48,601 nt of DNA, from positions 1 to 48,601 of the IMG/VR virus record IMGVR_UViG_3300037511_000156; one strand, given 5' to 3'. Positions within the stretch are counted from its first letter, which is position 1, and each line of letters begins with the position of its first letter. The notes beneath the pieces are model-generated. The model did no database searches. It was not told where the DNA came from and saw only the letters and a program-made list of their open reading frames with translations. Positions 43,209 through 48,601 of the stretch are shown piece by piece. Source of the stretch: a virus. Both the position numbers and the translations under genes were made by a program.

Positions 43209-43852
43209 TCCAGCACCTTTATTTTTTTATCCTGCGCGTACTGCATGAACAGCCGCTCGCAGACAAAGGTAAGCAAATTATACTGAACTCCATACACACT
43301 TCTTGTGTATCCTGGATCGACGTTTACTTTATTCCATAGCTCTCCCTCCATGAGAATTATTGAAGGCCGGAGCACGGATTCTACAAAGTCCACATAAACC
43401 GACTTCCGGGCGACGAATTGGTTAGCGTAAACGATGTGATCAGGATTAGGATGGTAAAGTATGCCGGTAGCGCGGCAACACGCTTGTATGATCTCGGTAA
43501 TGCCTTTATGGCCATCCTCAGACCATTCCATGAAGTTCCAGCCGCGACCAGCGATGTTATCACCCAGATAGGGTGAATAATTAACCGCCTGGTATTCTCT
43601 CGCGGCCCTGATGCCTCGCATTACGCAAAGATCATCACATTTTGTTTTTCCAGGGAATCTGGGGGAGAATACGCCAACCCAGTCATTCGGGTCAACCTCT
43701 TCCAAATGCTTATCGACAATATCCAAAATGGCATTATTCTCAAATCGATACAACTTGCTTTTGGCTCGGTTGTAATACGGCGTAAACCCGTTTACAGGCT
43801 GCCCGAAGTCACCATAAAGTACTGTGAAAATATTTACCATAGCGGAATACAC
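43199..43852 (-). CDS. Hypothetical protein in the glycosyltransferase cluster
   Basis: 217-aa ORF. No confident motif. Confidence 0.55.
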   Translation of the reverse strand: MYSAMVNIFTVLYGDFGQPVNGFTPYYNRAKSKLYRFENNAILDIVDKHLEEVDPNDWVGVFSPRFPGKTKCDDLCVMRGIRAAREYQAVNYSPYLGDNIAGRGWNFMEWSEDGHKGITEIIQACCRATGILYHPNPDHIVYANQFVARKSVYVDFVESVLRPSIILMEGELWNKVNVDPGYTRSVYGVQYNLLTFVCERLFMQYAQDKKIKVLEWN

Positions 43853-44592
43853 TTAGCGACGTTTTGAGCCCATTCCTGGCGCACCTCGGACTCTTTGTAA
43901 AGATAATGACCTCCGTAGCCTTTTTTAAGATTTGTTTTGCTCAGGCGCGGTTGATAAGCGCGGTTACGGGCTAGTTTTCGCTCAATTCCACCAATGCACC
44001 GGTAATGCATGAGAATAAAATCTTCTTTTCTGGTATAAATAACATTACCGACTGGATCGCATTTGTGAGCGCCCGGGCGATAGTTTATTTCTTTGATCTG
44101 ATCCGGCCTAAACATGATGCACTTTGCATAGTTATCGTATTCGTAACCTGTAGTTATTTCTGAGAAAGTGTCCCGAGGCATTGAATCTGAGTAAACATCC
44201 CAGCCTGTCGGTTTAATGATGGTGCAGAAGGTGTTTTCTAATGCACTCGAAATATCCTTAATGGTGCGGATTCTTATACCTCCATCGTCATTTATTCGAA
44301 ATGAAGGCATTAGAATTTCGTCAGCATCGCAAACGATGACCCAATCCGCTTTAGACTCTTTCCAGCAGTTGTTCTTTATCTGCAGGTATGTCTCGTCGTC
44401 CAGGACGCCAGGTGTACCGTACTTTATTATGTTGCAGCCCATTGCCTCGGCTATCTTGTCGGTGCCGTCGTCGCTGTAGTTATCGAATAGTGTGATAGCG
44501 GCGCCCCACACCTCGCGGTAGTGGTTAATCGTCATCTGGATGATTTCAGCCTCGTTCCAGGCTATTATGAAGGCGTCTATTTTCATGACCAA
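43834..44592 (-). CDS. Glycosyltransferase, GT-A fold (family 2-like)
   Basis: Contains DAFIIAWNEAEII..., LFDNYSDDGTDKIAE... and VIVCDADEIL. Confidence 0.65.
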   Translation of the reverse strand: MVMKIDAFIIAWNEAEIIQMTINHYREVWGAAITLFDNYSDDGTDKIAEAMGCNIIKYGTPGVLDDETYLQIKNNCWKESKADWVIVCDADEILMPSFRINDDGGIRIRTIKDISSALENTFCTIIKPTGWDVYSDSMPRDTFSEITTGYEYDNYAKCIMFRPDQIKEINYRPGAHKCDPVGNVIYTRKEDFILMHYRCIGGIERKLARNRAYQPRLSKTNLKKGYGGHYLYKESEVRQEWAQNVAKCIPLW

Positions 44593-44798
44593 GGCTTATG
44601 TTTTGGCTCTTCATGATGGTTATTAATGATTACAAATCCCATTACCAGGCTTCCGAGCATGGCCACGGTTCCCATTAGATGGCGGATCTCCTTATCCCAG
44701 TGGCGCATGTTAAAGTCGGCGGACAGGAATGTTCCGAAGACGTATGCGAAAGCTAGCGCCGAAAAGACTATGCCGATAAGTTTTGTTGCTATTTTCAT
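44583..44798 (-). CDS. Small two-pass membrane protein
   Basis: 71 aa with two hydrophobic helices. Confidence 0.5.
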   Translation of the reverse strand: MKIATKLIGIVFSALAFAYVFGTFLSADFNMRHWDKEIRHLMGTVAMLGSLVMGFVIINNHHEEPKHKPWS

Positions 44799-45460
44799 GG
44801 TTTGTAAAGTTCTTCTGAGAGTGAGCGGTAAAAATCCAGGGCCATATGGTCCTTGATAAATTTCCCTATGTAATGAAGATTTGGATCTTCGTTCGGCATA
44901 ATCATTTTGTGACCTTTACCAGCGCATAAACCGAGGGAGTGCTTGATGCCTATGGCGCCAGCGTTGACAAACTCTTTATGCTCCCTGATTGTGAAATAAC
45001 CCCATAATTTAATATCCAAGAAAGGGTCTTGCAAATTATTACCTGCGATCGTTGTAAATGGAATATTAGAACGGAATGCTGTTGTAAATAGTGACGCCCG
45101 GCGTGGATGGTGGAACGTCGCAAATGTCCTATTCCGTAGATTATAGTAGACTGTTTCTTCTGAACCTAGTATATTCTTTCTGGACTGCTGCATTGCGTCT
45201 GCGTACGAAGCAAAATAGTCTTCTGGATAGTAATCGTCCTCAATAATAAAACACCACTCCATACCGTCACGAACAGCGTAATTTATGCCCTCATGAACAC
45301 GTTCTACCAGGTCTATTTTGTCACTCAATGGTTTGTGATCGATGTGATATACACGATCCGGCTTCAAAGTCATACGGTATAGCTGTAGAAAGCAGAACTC
45401 CGTAAGCTTTGGCCGGTCGCCGCGGTCGGGGATTATTGCGCAGAAGGTTGTACGGTTCAT
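44795..45460 (-). CDS. Glycosyltransferase-like protein (GT-A fold)
   Basis: Contains FCAIIPDRGDRPKL... and WCFIIEDDYYPEDYF (an acidic DxD-like motif). Confidence 0.55.
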   Translation of the reverse strand: MNRTTFCAIIPDRGDRPKLTEFCFLQLYRMTLKPDRVYHIDHKPLSDKIDLVERVHEGINYAVRDGMEWCFIIEDDYYPEDYFASYADAMQQSRKNILGSEETVYYNLRNRTFATFHHPRRASLFTTAFRSNIPFTTIAGNNLQDPFLDIKLWGYFTIREHKEFVNAGAIGIKHSLGLCAGKGHKMIMPNEDPNLHYIGKFIKDHMALDFYRSLSEELYKP

Positions 45461-45795
45461 TATTTTATTATTCTAACATTGGATTTAAAAAGGCGTTCTT
45501 TAGCCAATTCAATATATGCTCGTGCGCTACGTTCACTTTCAAAACACTGGGCATATATATTATCTTCACGTAATTCTATGGCGCCTGAATCGTACTTAGT
45601 GTATAGATAGTACTGTTTGTATTTAGGGTAAAAATTACCGCTTAAAGGATAGTGCTCAATTGTAAACTCATACCCATTAACAGCATAGTCTTTCGGCGTC
45701 TTATACACGTAAAAAAGATATGCACAGCCAAATCCAACACCAAATGATGAACAGGCTACAATTACTATTAAACCAACAATATCTCCGTTGCTCAT
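45460..45795 (-). CDS. N-terminally anchored membrane protein
   Basis: 111 aa. Contains IVGLIVIVACSSFGVGFGCAYLFYV. Confidence 0.5.
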   Translation of the reverse strand: MSNGDIVGLIVIVACSSFGVGFGCAYLFYVYKTPKDYAVNGYEFTIEHYPLSGNFYPKYKQYYLYTKYDSGAIELREDNIYAQCFESERSARAYIELAKERLFKSNVRIIK

Positions 45796-46349
45796 ATCGT
45801 ATCCATAAATTTTGATAATGCGCTTTCCTTCGTTACTCTGACTTTAACGCCGGCTTGATGGAGTAGTTCGGCGTACCTGGCGTACTTCGACATTTCATGA
45901 TCGCCGGCTTTGGTGCCTCTTCTGTAGATTTTGTGATCATTGAAGTCCACGCCGAAAAGGTTTATTTCCTTTGCTCCGTCGTCTGCCGCGAGCGACATGG
46001 CTACGAAAGGGCTCGTCTTCGACTTGTAGATGAATCCCCGCTGCAGTCTATGGCCATGAAACTCGCGAAGCGTTAGTAATGTTGCGCTCGGGAAATATCC
46101 CTCCCATGCTTTAGGAGCATGCGTAAGAAACTCGCCGGTCTTTGTGGCGGCTATGGTATTAAATCGTTCGGTAGTGAATTGAAAGGGCCCATTTACGACT
46201 ATGAGCTTATCGAATCCCCATCCCCATTTAGCCGCGTCATTGACACCGTAAGTGGTAATATCTCGCTCAAAAGCAAAATAATCGCTCAAAACGCTATTAT
46301 TATACCAGTCTCTAGCGGAATCACCGCACCCAATAATAGCCGCAATCAT
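45792..46349 (-). CDS. Hypothetical protein, possibly a DUF115/MptE-like transferase
   Basis: 185 aa. The N-terminal MIAAIIGCGDSARDW is Rossmann-like. The family assignment is weak. Confidence 0.5.
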   Translation of the reverse strand: MIAAIIGCGDSARDWYNNSVLSDYFAFERDITTYGVNDAAKWGWGFDKLIVVNGPFQFTTERFNTIAATKTGEFLTHAPKAWEGYFPSATLLTLREFHGHRLQRGFIYKSKTSPFVAMSLAADDGAKEINLFGVDFNDHKIYRRGTKAGDHEMSKYARYAELLHQAGVKVRVTKESALSKFMDTI

Positions 46350-46492
46350 TTCGCTTTGGTCTTTTTACAGTCGTTGAAAATAAGTGTCTCGATGTAATTG
46401 TTGAAGCTGCGGCCTTGCTCCTTCCGGCGCTTTTCGGCACAGTCCACAGCTTCTTTCAGGAGGACTAGGTTCTTTCGTATACGATCGCTCAT
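46346..46492 (-). CDS. Ribbon-helix-helix-like small protein, 48 aa; below the ORF-track cutoff
   Basis: Manual translation: MSDRIRKNLVLLKEAVDCAEKRRKEQGRSFNNYIETLIFNDCKKTKAK*. ATGA overlaps at both ends. Confidence 0.45.
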   Translation of the reverse strand: MSDRIRKNLVLLKEAVDCAEKRRKEQGRSFNNYIETLIFNDCKKTKAK

Positions 46493-46722
46493 TTAACCTC
46501 ACCTTTTGCATAAGATTCAACATACCCGAGAATGCCTTGCGTGATCAGTTCGACCACTACTTCCTCACTGTCGCTGTTAGCGTCCCATCCTACGTCGTGA
46601 CGTTTATCCATCGCCTCAGCAGTTCCAAAATACTTCGTGCTGCCGTCCTTTTGCTTTTCATCCCAGGTCTTCAATGTTACCTGGATGCCGTGTATTTCTA
46701 TAGTCTGTGTCTTGGTTGCCAT
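46489..46722 (-). CDS. Hypothetical protein
   Basis: 77-aa ORF. Confidence 0.55.
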   Translation of the reverse strand: MATKTQTIEIHGIQVTLKTWDEKQKDGSTKYFGTAEAMDKRHDVGWDANSDSEEVVVELITQGILGYVESYAKGEVK

Positions 46723-46916
46723 TATGGTTTCAATTTAGGTCTACGCGAAATTAACGCTTCTTTGATCTTTATCCACTCGCCAAACTCGGCCGGCGATAGA
46801 GTTTGTGTGCACATGCGGTCCATTTTTGAAATGACCCATTTTTCGGTGAGCGCGACTGGCCGTGTGAAATCGTCGGGTGTTCTTGTCATATTATTGCTTT
46901 TGTTGTGAGTGTGCAA
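46722..46916 (-). CDS. Hypothetical protein
   Basis: 64-aa ORF. Confidence 0.5.
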   Translation of the reverse strand: MHTHNKSNNMTRTPDDFTRPVALTEKWVISKMDRMCTQTLSPAEFGEWIKIKEALISRRPKLKP

Positions 46917-47116
46917 GACTCAATAAATTTGCGTCGCCCATAATGATTACCGTTTAGCGCATTACTCCATTCGTCAAACGCGCGCCAGCCAAGATATAGC
47001 GTTAGCGATTCTGGGTGCCAATATCTTGCATTTGCATCTGATATTTTTATAGCAGTTATGGTCACGAGATCACCCTCTTTGCTCGGTATAGTTATATGCG
47101 TAATCACAATCCACAC
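46886..47116 (-). CDS. Hypothetical protein
   Basis: 76-aa ORF. Confidence 0.5.
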   Translation of the reverse strand: MWIVITHITIPSKEGDLVTITAIKISDANARYWHPESLTLYLGWRAFDEWSNALNGNHYGRRKFIESCTLTTKAII

Positions 47117-47118
47117 AT

Positions 47119-47409
47119 CTAATCGCTTGAAGATGATCCGGAATCATAAGATGATGAGCTGTCAGAACTACCAGAGTCCCACGAATCAGAAGATCCACCA
47201 CCGGCAGACTCACCACCACCTGGCATATCCGGTTCAAGTTCAGATGAAGGAAATATGTCACGGCACTCGATATTTATATCAGGAATGCTATTACTACAGC
47301 CAAAGGGCAATGTATCCTCATTATTGCAATATGTCATAACACAGTTTTCACATTTCTTGCCTGACCTCCAGGAAGAAAAAAGCTTTCCGCATTCAGTGCA
47401 TTTTTTCAT
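47119..47409 (-). CDS. Zinc-ribbon protein with a Ser/Asp/Gly-rich acidic tail
   Basis: The N-terminus MKKCTECGK...KKCENC gives the zinc-ribbon cysteines. The C-terminus is GGGESAGGGSSDSWDSGSSDSSSSYDSGSSSSD. Confidence 0.55.
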   Translation of the reverse strand: MKKCTECGKLFSSWRSGKKCENCVMTYCNNEDTLPFGCSNSIPDINIECRDIFPSSELEPDMPGGGESAGGGSSDSWDSGSSDSSSSYDSGSSSSD

Positions 47410-47798
47410 ATCGATATTGATAATTTAGCGTCCGGCATTTCTACACACTTGGCGTGGAGTTCTTCAAGCCAAGGTAGAAATTGTTCGTATGTTCCCCAGC
47501 CGTTTTGTGAGTCGTATTTCTTATATTCATATGGGTTAGCCTTCATCGACCTTATTGCCTCAACTAAAGGCTCAATAAGATCTGCAGCTCTTCGGCCGGA
47601 GACTTCCATCCATTTAAGCGACCACAGCATACCTACGCCAGCGGCGTTAGCCATGTTATGAAGGTTATGGGTAATATTAGCCTCAAAACCCTCGTCTATA
47701 GCATCCAATTCAGTTTTGCAGTGCGGGCAAACTGACTTTTTGGTTAGCGTTATATCTAAACTCATACCCAAACATACACAATTTATACACATCTGCAA
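47406..47798 (-). CDS. Hypothetical protein directly downstream of terL
   Basis: 130-aa ORF. Its start abuts the terL stop. Contains a CPHC pair. Confidence 0.55.
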   Translation of the reverse strand: MQMCINCVCLGMSLDITLTKKSVCPHCKTELDAIDEGFEANITHNLHNMANAAGVGMLWSLKWMEVSGRRAADLIEPLVEAIRSMKANPYEYKKYDSQNGWGTYEQFLPWLEELHAKCVEMPDAKLSISI

Positions 47799-48601
47799 CT
47801 ATTGCCGCGCGTACTTTTTCGGATTGGTGATGAATTCTTCGTAGAAAGTGCCTAAAAGGTACCGGAATGTATCGCCGTGGTGCTGGCCTTTGTCTTTGGT
47901 CTTGATAAGGTCTCCAAATTCATCTACCTGCGCGCTGACGATATCCGCAATGGTTTTCTCGCAGTTCTCGGTGATCGTAAATTCAGCGTGTTGCAACACA
48001 GAGTTGCACAATACCCGGGAATCTGTGATATGTAGATTTTGCTTTCTGACCAGTATCGCCCGATCGTGAAGCCGTAGCTTTTCCTGAATAACTCGATAAT
48101 GATTCAAATTGCCGCGTGTAAGGGCATTTCGGTTTCGACCCGTGGCATCGCCGGTTATCTGAATATTACCGGTCCAACGCGGATATTTCGCTGCCACAAC
48201 CTCGCAGACTTCCTCAGAAGATCCGTTATTGATTTCGATCTCGTCGAACGCTGCAGCGCGCCATAAATCCAACTGCTGCCCGATCAGAGCGGTCATAGGC
48301 TCTTTATTAAAGTCGAAAGAGACGGTAATCGGCAGGTGAGGATTCGGCACATAGCTATCCTTCGGACGGACGTGTTTGGCATATCCGAATGAGTAGAAGA
48401 ACGGATTTTCAACCGCAAACGCCGTCCAGTCGCCCAGGATGTTGCGCTTGTACGTTAGTTCCTCGAGCATGGATTGATTGGCCATGTACTCTTCGTCGTT
48501 CGCCAGGGTTGGGTTATCCATGATTGTAGCCGGCAGATAGAACCACCGGGCCGGTAGCGTGCCCTTTGACCACGGATCGTAAACGCGTTTCTTCGGCCAC
48601 A
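47799..48601 (-). CDS. terL: Terminase large subunit, C-terminal (nuclease) part; continues from 128..686 across the junction
   Basis: The frame is open to the window end. ...WPKKRVYDPWSKGTLPARWFYLPATIMDNPTLANDEEY... is contiguous with the N-terminal fragment. The Met at 48521 listed in the ORF track is internal. Confidence 0.85.
   Translation of the reverse strand, partial: WPKKRVYDPWSKGTLPARWFYLPATIMDNPTLANDEEYMANQSMLEELTYKRNILGDWTAFAVENPFFYSFGYAKHVRPKDSYVPNPHLPITVSFDFNKEPMTALIGQQLDLWRAAAFDEIEINNGSSEEVCEVVAAKYPRWTGNIQITGDATGRNRNALTRGNLNHYRVIQEKLRLHDRAILVRKQNLHITDSRVLCNSVLQHAEFTITENCEKTIADIVSAQVDEFGDLIKTKDKGQHHGDTFRYLLGTFYEEFITNPKKYARQ
48475..48601. repeat. Terminal direct repeat, copy 2 (identical to 1..127)
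   Basis: Exact 127-nt identity with the window start. Confidence 0.95.

Noticed and set aside
1-48601. CRISPR arrays, diversity-generating retroelements, retrons, integrases, toxin-antitoxin pairs and rRNA genes.
   Set aside because: I saw no repeat-spacer periodicity, reverse transcriptase, recombinase or rRNA-like sequence on either strand. The RHH-like 48-aa ORF (46346-46492) has no recognisable toxin partner.

Overview
The window is a complete, circularly closed genome of a tailed dsDNA phage. Bases 1-127 are identical to 48475-48601, so the unique length is 48,474 bp. The large terminase gene is split across that junction. Coding density is high, with three transcription blocks.

(i) Minus strand, 5275 down to 1, wrapping to 48601 and continuing down to 17247:
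- a small HTH gene, an ORF-free structured-RNA locus, a secreted protein, HNH, small ORFs, TerS and TerL;
- small ORFs, then a glycosyltransferase/methyltransferase cluster;
- tail chaperone with a -1 frameshift, tape measure and tail/baseplate genes;
- portal, MuF-like protein, scaffold and capsid candidate;
- fibers/tailspike, then a cluster of membrane proteins.

(ii) Plus strand, 5456-11932: early genes, including RecT plus a PD-(D/E)xK exonuclease and an Amidase_2 endolysin.

(iii) Plus strand, 12051-17250: replication genes, a DnaB/RecA-like ATPase and a DNA methyltransferase.

No integrase, CRISPR array, reverse transcriptase or rRNA was seen. A Bacteroidota-type host is only an inference, from lipobox signals, weak Shine-Dalgarno usage and A-rich leaders.

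The most unusual feature is about 1.15 kb of non-coding, densely base-paired sequence at 3982-5128 on the minus strand. It contains three tRNA-like modules, none with a normal anticodon loop. Two are tandem paralogs with four compensatory base-pair changes in an 8-bp acceptor stem. A fourth deviant tRNA-like element lies at 3405-3474. I interpret this as a candidate large ornate phage ncRNA or an array of tRNA mimics. I could not assign it to a known family by eye.

Other points of interest:
- the glycosylation-type gene cluster sits inside the late structural operon;
- one fiber protein carries a SASA-type carbohydrate esterase domain;
- a lipoprotein-signal protein lies in the tail module;
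- the order of structural modules is non-canonical.
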